Made by a program: the position numbers and the translations under genes. A DNA stretch of 64,000 bases, taken from NCBI GenBank assembly GCA_965644265.1, contig OZ286468.1, positions 14,136,001 to 14,200,000 of the forward strand, in the 5' to 3' direction. Positions within the stretch are counted from its first letter, which is position 1. Every line of letters begins with the position of its first letter. The notes beneath the pieces are model-generated. The model was not told where the DNA came from. It saw nothing but the letters and a program-made list of their open reading frames with translations, and ran no database searches. This document shows, in pieces, positions 44,877-57,384 of this stretch. This DNA comes from Glycera tridactyla. Taxonomy: Eukaryota.

Positions 44877-45822
44877 GCATTACACTTGGCTTTACCTCAT
44901 ACCAGCACCCTTCCTGGCCCACATACAACACAAACTGTACATTCATCCCGTGTCAGCAGACATTCTCAGAGGATGCATTCATCACTTTGACCAATGGCGA
45001 ATGAGTTAGCTAAACATCTGATGTTATGAGAGGAAAAAACCTGGTCCTTTAAAGTTTCTGTTAATCTAGAATAATTTATAGTAAAAAGGAGAGCGGGTAC
45101 AACTGGTACCATATCCATCTTGAGAATAAATAGGCCATGAAAACGAGGGTGCTAAGCTCGGAGATGCGTCAGAGCACCTGACTATGCAGTCAGATCACGT
45201 GGCAAAGATGTTTGGATTTGGGAGATTTCTTTATTGATACACTTATATGTAACACTAGATAATCTAGAAATGAAAAAATATGAATGTAGTGTTGTACAGT
45301 TTGGTATCCTTTGGAAGTTCACCCGACTCTTATGATTACATTCCTTGGCTTGCTGACTCATTTTCATTTCAATCACGAACACATAATCCATTGAGTGGGA
45401 TACGCAGGGATCTCCCTGGCCAGATTTCTGCGCTGGCCAAAGGCCCATTAGTACTCAGAACAGTGGGCCTTTTCTGAGAAGAGTGGGCCCTTTGTCGAAA
45501 CATGTGGGCCCCTTTTAGCGCCTATGAAGAACAATTGAATTCCATATGATTTTGATGTTATTGTGAAATATAGGGGATTATTCACTTCTTCATATTTTAG
45601 GTGGCAGGGTGCTTCACTGATAGGTGTTTTCAGTTGCCAGGACAATTACATTCTCCAGGTGGATGTGAAAAAATCTTCTATCAGCATTTTCTTCACCAAT
45701 TCTGAACAGGTGACACTTCAAGGGTATGCTTTCAATTTGCCATATCAATTCAATTCTCTGAAGATGGCTTGTTTGCGGAGTTTTACATAAACTTTTCACA
45801 AGATCCATCCATCCATCCATCA

Positions 45823-45855
<33 letters not shown>

Positions 45856-46554
45856 CCCAGAGCAGGCAGTGATAATTTCACCTGCTCTCCTCAGTCAGGA
45901 TTCTCACCTGCCCCTTCCATAGAATCATAGACTGGGCCATGAATGAACATCACTTATCCCGACACCCCAAGAATCCTCCCACATTCAAAAGGTAATAATA
46001 TGGAATAAAACTGCAGACTCTTGCCACAATAGTTAAGGTTAGAATTTTCAAGTTCATTGCACGATGTGGGAGGCTGGTAGGGTGGTTCTTTGGTTGCTGT
46101 AGCCCAAACTAGAGAAGGAACCTGGACAGTTGCAGCTTTTGAAGAGTGTCATATTTCTCTGTATTTTGTGATTTCATCCGTATTTTCTGAATTTCTGTTT
46201 TCATCTCACCATAATGCTAGACAATTCAGTGGTCACGCTGAAACATAAAGGGCTGTAGGGCTTTTTATCTGACCAATACCAATATGTGCCACATATTGAC
46301 AGAAATTAGTCGCTCAGTGAAGACACTTTAGTTTTGAAAACTGGGTGCAAACACAGCTCTCTGACCTAAAATACAATTATCTTAATTTCATTAAAAAACT
46401 GCCATACCTACAATTTGTCTGATGTCCATTTTCTATCTGGGACTAACCTGATAAGGTTCATGCCAACCTGTTGTCTAATCTGTGAACAATCTTGAAGTGA
46501 ACAAGATGGGGTGAGATTGGTAAAGATGACAGGGGCCAGCCGCCACCTGCCAGT

Positions 46555-46613
46555 GACAGTGATGGTGATTTTATGGTGCGTATGATACGCACCATAAAAT
46601 CACCATCACTGTC
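46555..46613. repeat. Perfect palindrome, 29-bp arms, 1-nt spacer
   Basis: GACAGTGATGGTGATTTTATGGTGCGTAT-G-ATACGCACCATAAAATCACCATCACTGTC. Confidence 0.95.
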
Positions 46614-48341
46614 TAATACGTAAATTTACATAATCTAGAAATAGAAGCTGTGAATGTAGTGGTCCACAGTGTGGTTTCCTCGGGAAGTTCACCCGACTTC
46701 ACGATCACATATCTTAGAAGGCCTGCTCAAGCTTGAACACTTAAAGTTAACTGCATGGGTTAAGCACTACTACGATCCCCATCACTGCCTATAACCAAGA
46801 AGCAAGATATATCTTGCTTCATGCCATAACCAAGCACTCATTCACACCTGGATCAAATGGAGTGGTGGAGCACAGAGGTTCCACTCAGTTATGTAGTGAG
46901 CATGGGCCCCCCGAGAGAAGGTATGATTCATGAAATTCACAGACACTTATTATGTCATTGTTGATAGAGACATCTTGAGTGTCTGTGAATTTCATACATA
47001 TTCACTTCTGTTGGGGACCTTGGAGGAGGAGTAGTCTTGAATGATCCCACCCATGCCCATTGTATGGGCGTCACAGGATAGCATGTATGACACATGACGT
47101 TGAATCAGAACCAACAAAGCAACCATCCAACCAATTGACCACGGAACAAGTCGTTCTCGGTGGAGAGAGATGGAGTTGAATTGAATCGAATTGAAAAGAT
47201 GACGTCACCAAGGTCAAGGACATGTCAACTTGGCAGCGCTCACTGGGGATTTTAGACCACAAGCCACACTGAAGCCCCGAATGACGAAAAAAGTTGCACA
47301 TTGGATTTCCGGATCTTCCGGATGAGTTGCATTGAAAAGGCCTTTCTTTGCGTTTCTTTACTCGGTGAATACAATGTTTCTGGAATTCCCCAACTGAAAC
47401 CACGCAAGCAGCCAGTCTGTACAATGATGATCGCANNNNNNNNNNNNNNNNNNNNNNNNNNNNNNNNNNNNNNNNNNNNNNNNNNNNNNNNNNNNNNNNN
47501 NNNNNNNNNNNNNNNNNNNNNNNNNNNNNNNNNNNNNNNNNNNNNNNNNNNNNNNNNNNNNNNNNNNNNNNNNNNNNNACAGACAGATAGACAATCACAT
47601 CGACTGACTGGCGGACGGGTGGTCGGGCGGACAGACGGACTGAAATATTTGATAAATAGATTGNNNNNNNNNNNNNNNNNNNNNNNNNNNNNNNNNNNNN
47701 NNNNNNNNNNNNNNNNNNNNNNNNNNNNNNNNNNNNNNNNNNNNNNNNNNNNNNNNNNNNNNNNNNNNNNNNNNNNNNNNNNNNNNNNNNNNNNNNNNNN
47801 NNTATTAATGGGGAGACGAACAAGAAGAAGGGAGAGAATGTAGAGAGAGAGAGGGGAAGGGGAGGGAGAGAGATGCTGGATCTACAAATCCAGATCGTAT
47901 GGGGATTGATGGCTTATTCATGTCAATATGAACCTGTTTGTTCAGTGGGTGTACACTTCTTCGTGCTCCGACTCCGAATAAGAGAGGTTCCACCGGATAG
48001 TGAGCAAAATCACTCACTAACATCGTGTCTCTTCAGTCAGGCTGCAAGCAAGCCAGCCTGTAAGGTAGATATCATCATCATCGACATGGTCGTCGTCATC
48101 ATGGTCATGGTCACCCCCACCGTTACCATGCATCGCCATCGTCGTCATCGNNNNNNNNNNNNNNNNNNNNNNNNNNNNNNNNNNNNNNNNNNNNNNNNNN
48201 NNNNNNNNNNNNNNNNNNNNNNNNNNNNNNNNNNNNNNNNNNNNNNNNNNNNNNNNNNNNNNNNNNNNNNNNNNNNNNNNNNNNNNNNNNNNNNNNNNTC
48301 GGCGTCAACATGAGCCCGGCTTCCATGGCTACATTCATATA

Positions 48342-48502
48342 CAGTTGAACTTGTCCTAAGCAAGATCCTGTCCTACGCAACAGGATTTTGTTCATCCCAC
48401 ATGCGTATTTTTCACTATATTCGACATGTACTAAGCATGAACTTCCTCTAAGCACACACATTTTCTCGTCCCGCAGCTTCATGCTTAGGACAAGTTTGAC
48501 TG
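48342..48502. mobile_element. pogo-type MITE
   Basis: TIRs CAGTTGAACTTGTCCTAAGCA / TGCTTAGGACAAGTTTGACTG with TA on both sides; right end resembles that of 8798-9644. Confidence 0.75.
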
Positions 48503-50160
48503 TAGTGTACAGTTTTGATGGGAGCTAGATGCAGATAATTACAGTATGTGTGGGGTATATCTAATAACGTGTAATTGGCTGGCAACTGACTCCGGCCTGA
48601 AGGCAAATGTCTTCTTCAAAAAGCTGCTATTACCTTCGGTGAATTCTTAACCAGTGTATTCCAGGAAGAAGAGTTCTCGGACCTCCCAGTAATGATGGAA
48701 ACCCCCTCATTTGCCCTGGAGCTGAATGGAATATGTGTTTGTGTCATGGTGTTGCAGTTCTGACATGAAAAACTAAATTCGCCCTCGTATTTCTCCAAGA
48801 GAAGTTCCCCGACGAAATTGGTCTATTTGCGAGCGAATAGCATTTTTTTCCAAAAAGTACGGTAGTCATACCTGGAACCATTCATGCATTTTTCTCAGTC
48901 TCAAGTATTGTTTAAGACGATATATCATAAAAAAAAATCATTTATCAGATAGGCAGTCAGTAGCAGGTCCACAGTCTAGTGAGTCAAATGAAATCAAAAT
49001 TGTCTTGACGTTTGGCACTGGGCAGTTTCTACCAATATTTCACTATCATCGAGCTCTTTCTCTTCACATCAAGTCTAAGCTCTACTCTTAGTTCTTCTGC
49101 GAAATGATCTCACGTGTAGATAATTGACGGTTTGCTGTGTTCCAAGGGCTGTAGCTAGGATATAGAGTAAGAGTGGCTACATTGCGGGGATAGAACAAGG
49201 AAAGATTATTGTAAAGGCTTGAGGTCATCAGTTATATCATTGGACAGATTGGTTAAGCAATCCCCATGCCTGATGTCGGGGCTAGAAACGACATGAAAGA
49301 TATGGTGTTCCATCAGGACCATGGAGTTAGTGTTTTGGTAGACTGGATGGATATACTAGATATATTTTCATCAAAAGAATTGAAGATTCATCATCATCAC
49401 ATCCAGCCATTGCATGACGCATGACGATGCTGCCCTCCATCTGATGAAAACATTTCCGTTGACTTTCCCAACCGGCTAGCTGTATCCGAGCTCAACCAGC
49501 ATTTTCTTAATCTGACTAGTTACATAGTTGTGCGATCCGAAGCATTCCTATTATTGTATGTAGATAGGGGTGTGTCTGACCTAACAGCCATTGGTTCCAT
49601 GTGATCCTGTTAGACTGGTGCCTACAGTGGACAGAACACCCGGCATTCATAGACCAAGAAGATGTGGCATGAATGATAAATCAGTTTTATATAGTGTGTT
49701 AGGTTCCAATAGATTGGTCCACTTGACAACGTTTGTAGAACCTTGCTCACAATTGCTTAACCCTGCTCTCTAAGGAACTGGAGTGACTGCACCTAACTCG
49801 CTCTCCCCCTCCCACCATGAAAAAGAAAGATAAACTGATTGATGCGAAGAACACCGGAGACAATGACTCGGAAAAAGGGAAAAAACGACAAATCAGAAAT
49901 GTTGATGCCTTGGAGATCCCTTGGGGCACTTGCACTTCCCGTGTTCGACGAAAAGGGGAAGTGAAGGGCGACATGATCAAAAACTTGTTTACTAGAAAAT
50001 GTGCGTTTTTCTTGCGCAGACAAGGTCATGTACATTTCATGGAATGGAAACAAGTGTCATGTGGAATTACTCGGTGCATATTGGAAGAGATATGTCACCA
50101 CATGTTATGACGCTTACGGCATGATCCATTGAGCAAACCTCCAGAGTTCGTTATGAACCT

Positions 50161-50209
<49 letters not shown>

Positions 50210-52619
50210 TGTCTGTCTGTCTATCTTTCTGTCTCTGTCTGTCCCTGCCTCTGTCCCTTTCTTTCGTTCTTGCTTTCTCTGTCTATCTGGTCTGTCTGTC
50301 TGTCTGTCTGTCTGTCTTTCTTTCTTTTTCTTTCTTTCTCTGTCTATCTCTCTGTCTGTCTTGTCTGTCTGTCTGGCTGGCTGTATAATCTAGGGAAGGG
50401 GCGTGATTCCCAGTATGTCTTCTCTCGAGGCTAAATAAACAATTTTGAACCATTTACCGTCGTTGTCATTGCCAAAGTTTGAAATAAATCATCGAGTACC
50501 TGTGAATTCTCACCTCCCGTTGTGCACCCGGGAATCATAAATGACCCCACCCATGCTCATCACTTTAGTGTCCCAATATAGCCCAGATAGTGCTCATGGG
50601 ACGTGAAACAACTAGCCAACTAGCCATACGCAGCGACGACGGCGGTGGTGCATGGGTTAACCACTCTACAATCACTATCAATTCACACTTTGACGAAGAG
50701 GAGTGTGGTGGAGTTCAGAGATTCATTTACCCCCAGAGGTGCCTCCTTGGTGAGTGGCGCAGATCATATAGATCTGTGTGACGGTGCAGGTCCAGTCTTG
50801 AATGGTGAACCTTGTGGGGTGGCTATCTAAAAATTGAAGGCCACAGGTCCCAAAAAGGTCGTGGATGGACTGATTTGTGGATGATACCTCAAATCATTAC
50901 AGAGCTATTCATTTTAAATTTGGCACACTGGCGCATAGTAGGCATCACAGGGCCGTTATGAGTAAGTGATATACATATTGCTTGTAATTATCATATTTTA
51001 CCAATTACTTGCCTATGTGAAGGCTTATAGTGAAGGCCATCAAGGGTTATATAGATGCTGAGTCTCATCACTGCACTAAGCTGCATGTATCTTCATCATG
51101 TCCGACAGTGAAGGTGCTATTGTCGGACATTATTTCTACATGCCTGTTTTGTCAGAGGGACCAACATTATCATGGTGGCGCTGCTTTTGTGATAGCAGGT
51201 ATGGAATGATCGTCTCCATCAAATCCCGATGATGTGAACCGTCCATGTGAAACAAATGATCGTACGGCGGGGAAGGAAGGCGGGCAGAAAAAGCGGAGAG
51301 AAGAGAGGGAATAGGACGAGTGTCTGGTCTGGCTACTGCAGCCGGTTTTTACAACCGGATATTGCGGCGGTTCGACCGGCTGCCGGTCTCAGACACTGCT
51401 GGCCCAATAGACTATATATAGCTAGCCCAACAGACCAGCAAACCCGGTTTCTACAGAAAGATACACACCTTTATCCTTACTTTTCCACTGCGTTTACGGG
51501 TTTAGTTCGGTTAAGGTGTAACAGCACCTATCACGCCAGAGGATCATGTATGCCGTGCGTTCCAAATCAATGAAAACATGCACCACTCTCACAAACCCTG
51601 AACATTATTGTAGGCGTGGTTTGGAAACGACAGTTCCTATGTCAACTCATAGGTAAAGTGTTTTCAGAATATGACGCAACCAGTTCTTATTTTATGTACT
51701 GCACCTTGCCTGAAAAGAAAGCATTGGGCATAGTGAAACGGCATAGTGAAACAGCTGCAGTACAGAACGTGGCCATGTTGATGATGACGATTATTGTGGA
51801 GACGAAAACGTCGAGAATGATGCCGACGTCAACGCCGCGGTGACAGTGATATGGTGCTAATGATGGTGTTATTGTTGTTGTTGGTGGTGGTAATGCTGCT
51901 GCTGACGTTGGTAGTGGTTGTGGTGGTGGTGGCAGCGGCGGCGGTAGGCTGGTGGTGGTATTGATGATGGAGGTGGTAGTGGTGGTGGTGGTGGTAGTGA
52001 CGGCTGTGCTGCTGCTGTTGCTGCAGTTGCCGGTCCCCTGCCCTGCCATAGAGTAGTGTTTGCCGTTTGTAGTAAGCTGGTCTAACCAGGGTGTTGGTAG
52101 TTACCCTGTTTGTGGGGTGTGATTTACATCGACTGTCTGGCATTCACGGAGATGCTCTCGCCGTATCCCGTCGTCCAGTAGTAGCCTCAATCATTCACAC
52201 CCGCAGCTGCCACAGCAGTGACCACAACAGTCGATCCTCGGGCCTACAGCGCTGGATGCTAGACGCCGAATTCTTCGCCGGCATCCTAACAACCCCAGCA
52301 TTCGTCGACGGGCAGAGTTCAATCAGGGCAGCCACGACCACATCATCTCTTGCTATGTCCAAAATCTTTATGAATATCTTATCTCTCAAGAATGTTCCTA
52401 TTGCAAGAAATGGCGGTCGAAATGTTTAGTAAATCTTGAGATCTGTGGCGGTAGCACCAAGCTGAGCGATAAAGGGGCGTTTCAGTGTTAAGTGCCTGAG
52501 ATCAGATGTGCATCCGATAATCCTGGATTTACAAATCTTGGGATATCGGCAGCTTGTATCTGACTGGATCGTACATCCTCAAGGTTACATAAGATTATTG
52601 GAGGCCGCACATCTAGACG

Positions 52620-52684
52620 CTAGAGCAAGGTTCTATGATTGGTCATCTCATTGTTGTTTTTGTTGCTGTTGTCGTTGTTGATGT

Positions 52685-52749
<65 letters not shown>

Positions 52750-52803
52750 ATCATGACGATGGTCATAATGATGAGCATGATGATGATGATCATCATCATC
52801 ATC

Positions 52804-52860
<57 letters not shown>

Positions 52861-52890
52861 TTCATCATCATCATGATCACTGATTGATTG
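52620..52890. repeat. (GAT)n/(CAT)n compound microsatellite
   Basis: Direct reading. Confidence 0.95.
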
Positions 52891-54513
52891 ATCGCTGCTG
52901 CTGTTGCTGTTGCTACTTCTAATGATAGTGATGGTGAAGGTGATGGCGATGGCGATTTTTAGTTTAGATTCTTAATTTTTCTTCGTCGTACATGAAATGA
53001 TGTACAATTGCTCCCGTAAAGGGTGCGTTCCCAAGTCGACGATGACGATGACGATGACGACGATGCCAATAACACTGATGAGCAGATAAGTCTAATCAAG
53101 CTATGCTACGATGGTATGCGGTGTGCGTGGCTTGGTGGAAAATAGGAGAGCATTTCGAGTGTGACCTGGCAACTGGGAAATGTTGACCCAAAAGAAGGAA
53201 TCGTCAAATGGAATACGGAAACTTCAGTGTTGGCTCTCTCGCCTGACAGTGTATCATATGCATAGGGCTCGCCTAAATGAAATTCAAACATCTGCTCAAT
53301 GGGTGAATGACCAGCACCGACCCAGACATCATCTTGCCATTCATCTTACCAAATTCTCAAATGTCCGATTCCATTGCATTTGTCAGAAGTTTCTGTGACA
53401 GTTGTCCCAATGGGTCTGATCATAGATACATTAGATGCCGGATTATCATTCACTTCAAGCTAAAATACTTCCACGCATGCTGTAAAAGAACAGGCAATTA
53501 TATCATTTTCTGTTCGATGTAGGAAGACCGTAATATAAGCTTTTTCATTCAAGAAGCAGACTGTAGTATGGCGAATCCAGCTTAATCCCAGGAGACATGA
53601 CCGAAATGGCTCAGTTCAGGCTGACTTATGGCAAGCCATATCTGGCATTGGAACGGGTAGCCAGAAATGTGCCATTTGAAGCACTGAATGGCAAACCATA
53701 TGCCATATCGGCCATAGCTTGCCAGTATAAAACCAGGACTGGCCCATTTCGGTCATGTACGCTGGGTTGCTCCTGGTGAGTGATAATAGTCTCATCCAGC
53801 TCATATATCAAAAGATGATTCCTGCTTTAGCTTGCGCAGAGCCAGACCCGACCTCGTACAGCCTTTTAGCCTACTAGCCAGCGACTCATACCCAAACTCT
53901 TGTCTGCACTCCTTTCAGTATTTTAGATCATGAAAGCTGCATAGTCCAGGAACCATCTCTCGACACAAGGGGATTGGTACCAGATCTCTTCTGTGGGTGG
54001 GTTGAAGGCAACGCACTTCTCATGCGGTATAGATGATAGACGAGTAGATCCAGTTCATCAGCTTTATTCCTCCAACCAATACAGCATACAGCATGGCTTT
54101 GAGGAGGAATGGGAAGCTCGATCAATTCACAGCACTGCAACCATGTGACGTGTAGAATACCCAGTGCTGATCTAGCTTCCCAAGCCTCCTTTACAATCTT
54201 ATATAGGCTCGACAAGAGGGTGGTGGAATTGCAACATTCACTGACATCACTGCTAAATTTAGCAGTGATGAGGTGGTTATTTTTGGATATTACGAGGTGG
54301 TTGAGCAATCAGAGAGCAGGTGTCTTGCAAGATGGCGGAGGTGTATTGCACCATACACCGGCGGGATGGTGGAATTCCCCACCTGTCAGAATAAGATGGA
54401 TGGCCACATTCCTGGCCGGAGGCAAGAATGTCTTACCCTTTTCAGAATTACTTACAGACATCTTGGATTTCCCAGACCCCTGCTTTGGATAATATTCATC
54501 CAAATATAATTGC

Positions 54514-55891
54514 TGAGATATTACATCTCACCTCTGATGCTAACGTCCTCGTAGCATTTGACACTACCATCAACACGAGGGGGACAGGTCGGATCCTGGT
54601 CATGAAGCTCTGATACCACCTACAGCCAGGCGACAGTCAACCGACAGCCAATCAGATACATAGTATCCAATCAGCTATCAGCTACCATCAGCCACAGCCA
54701 GGCAGAGTCCAACTGCACTTCCAGATCTCAGCAGACACAGCTGCCAAGTCCCCATCGTGTCAAGGCATTATACAATCAAACGTAGTATAAATACATATGA
54801 ATGCAACATTGAATCAACCATCGACACAGTTCGTGAGGCGTGATATCTCAAGTTTTGGCGTGATTGACTCAAAAACCTTTTTGTTCATTCTAGGGTTTTC
54901 TTTAGGGTTTTGATTGGTTCAAAGGCGGCTGACGGGTGTCAACCTTAAGAGAGGAGGTCACGACAAGGAGAGCATGGTAGATGAATCATCCCATAATTCA
55001 TCCACCAAACTCCCCATGTCAAGACATGGCAAAAATAGCCGACGAACTATCCAGAGAGTTCGTCGACCATATTCATCATGGCCAGACCAAGGTAAGAAGG
55101 GTGTGGATTCATGTTATTCATGATACCACGGTGAGTATGACTCAGGTTGTGTCCAATATGATTCTCATAAGAACCATAGCGATCCCCAATTCCGGGGGTA
55201 TGGTCTCCATATCAATATTAAATCAATGCCATTACCCTTCTGTTTGAACCGGTTGAAGCCAGTTTTATCTTATACAATGATTCCAAATATCCATATGTGA
55301 ATTTTAGTTTCACTTTCCCATCAGTTTCTCCCTTATGAGATGATAGGTAGCCTATATGTGTTCAATTTGACTTGAAGCGGTCGGATTTGTTGGTCTTACG
55401 CCGATTCCCCGGATGACGACAGTCTCGCCACCCAGCGGCTATTCTACACACCAGCAGCCTGCAGGCGAGCCCGCTAGGTCTGCTAGTCTCTCGCAACTCC
55501 CGCTTCGACTTTATGACTAGATTTATAGCTTCTCGTTAACCGCATCTGCGGTCAATCCATTCCTCGCCTCGATAGGCGTGAAATTGTTTCGGTTATCGTC
55601 ACGTACGAACGACTGCTATTCTCCTCAGTCTGATAAGACATTCGTTGAAAGGAAAAACAGCCGTCTTTGTGTGAGTCATCTCGTAAATCGCAGCGAAGGC
55701 GACCGCCTTGGCCTCGCCTTGCACATGATCACGCCCAACTCGCTAAATTCCTCTCTCTTACCCCACGAACCGGACCATATCACGTCTATTTTTAGCCCAG
55801 ACGTGATTGATTCAGCGAAGTACTCCCAATGTTCGCTTGTCGATAGTCAATTTGGCCGGCCCTACATGTCTTACTGAGATATTACATCTCA
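54514..55891 (-). repeat. Putative 3' LTR (about 1.38 kb)
   Basis: Bounded by TGAGAT...ATCTCA; the same 21-mer occurs at both ends. The partner LTR is off-window, so this is not verifiable here. Confidence 0.4.
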
Positions 55892-57384
55892 CCTAGGCGT
55901 AAGCCTAGCATCCGCAAACAGAGTATGACTTCACACTACAATCCGGCCAGGTTACTTAGAATACATATTAAACATCATAGAACCCAGTTTGTCCTAAGAT
56001 TGGCAGTCAAAGGGTCTGAATTCCGGCCCCATGCTCAATTCTGATGCAATATAGATTCTAACACACTGAAACGTGACCGCCATTGTTACCAAACGACAAA
56101 CTGGATTTTTATCAAAACAACAATAGACAAGAACTGTGGTTCTTCAGAGAATGTAAGATAGGTATTACAGACTCCGTAGAGTTACAAGAGAGGGAGAAAG
56201 GAGAGGATAGCAAGAAGAGAAAAGAAGAGAAAAAGCTCCACATCAATTCAGGAGGGCACATAGACCGGATGGCGAATTTTCCACACAACCCACAGTCGCA
56301 TACTAAGTTATACGGCTGCGTGTTGAAGTCGTTGCCATACCATCCAAGCATATGCGCCCTACATGTCATACTAGCGCCAATGGCGCAATGGCGCAAAATT
56401 TCAAAACACATTCCAATGAATCAGAAATCGACAGGAATACAACTCCACCTCCTCCGTATCATATACAAATGATTACTTAGCGAAGAATGTCAATCTTTTC
56501 GCTCCATAATCCGTGGAGAGCTTCGAGCACATTTCGTAATTCTAGCAGCCTCAGTACATCGTCCAATCCGGCTCAGGGTTATCATGCGACTTCCGTGCTT
56601 ACGCGATACGCATATCATCACCCCAAGTCACGGATTTCGCTGCTTATAGGCTTAGAAGTGGCAGGCTCCATGATTCGATGATTTCGTGCCACTCCATGAT
56701 ATCGTAATCGTGATATGCGCATCTGCCGAGCCCAGACAGGTATCCAAGGGCAGTTTTCGTCCAATCGTGGTGCACCATGTCTGGAACTCAAGCAAATGAA
56801 CATATCAGTCAATAACTGTACGATACCGTCGAGAACCACACCATCAATCATTTACAATATGCCTGTTAATCCATAATACTATCCCAGAATATGTACAAGA
56901 TTATACACACACAGCAACCTTAAATGCGATTAAATATTGATTAAATGCGATTAAATGCGAGTAAATATGGGAACCATCCAATAACAACTTTCAACCAGAG
57001 ACAAGACACGGCCACATAGATTGGGACTGAGAACACGGCCACGAACGGCTGGCATGACTCGTAAAAGACAGTGGCCATGGTCTAGAATAAGCAGCTCTTA
57101 CTCTAGCCTCGTATAACCCCAGTTCTCATGGTACCCAGACGTCACATATCCTAAGCGGAACCAAGTATCCTAAGCACACATACACAAAATCAAGGAAACT
57201 GGTTCCACTCAGGGATGTGGTACAGTCAATTGATTGATTGAGAGAGGTTGCCTGTCAATCACGCAATCGACCGTCTTACCCAGACCTGTCAGTTTCTCGC
57301 CAGAATATAGCAGATTATAAATATAGAATGCCCCTCAACCAGACCCCAAGCCTACCATATACTAGAGAGATAGCAAAAATCATT

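Noticed and set aside
48600-48900. CR1/L2 reverse-transcriptase-like traces (FLTSVFQEEEFSDLP, PDEI)
   Set aside because: Only weak motif echoes across stops and frames.
51687-52890. Poly-M/D/H/T ORFs here and poly-CV/HT ORFs elsewhere
   Set aside because: Translations of microsatellites; ORFs running through N tracts are likewise uninformative.
53880-54510. Coding-looking stretch (NKADELDLL..., DGWP...) as a LINE or Gypsy fragment
   Set aside because: Motifs are too short and interrupted to assign a family by eye.
54514-55891. Independent solo LTR
   Set aside because: Flanks AATTGC and CCTAGG show no TSD, so it is better read as the end of the adjacent Gypsy element.
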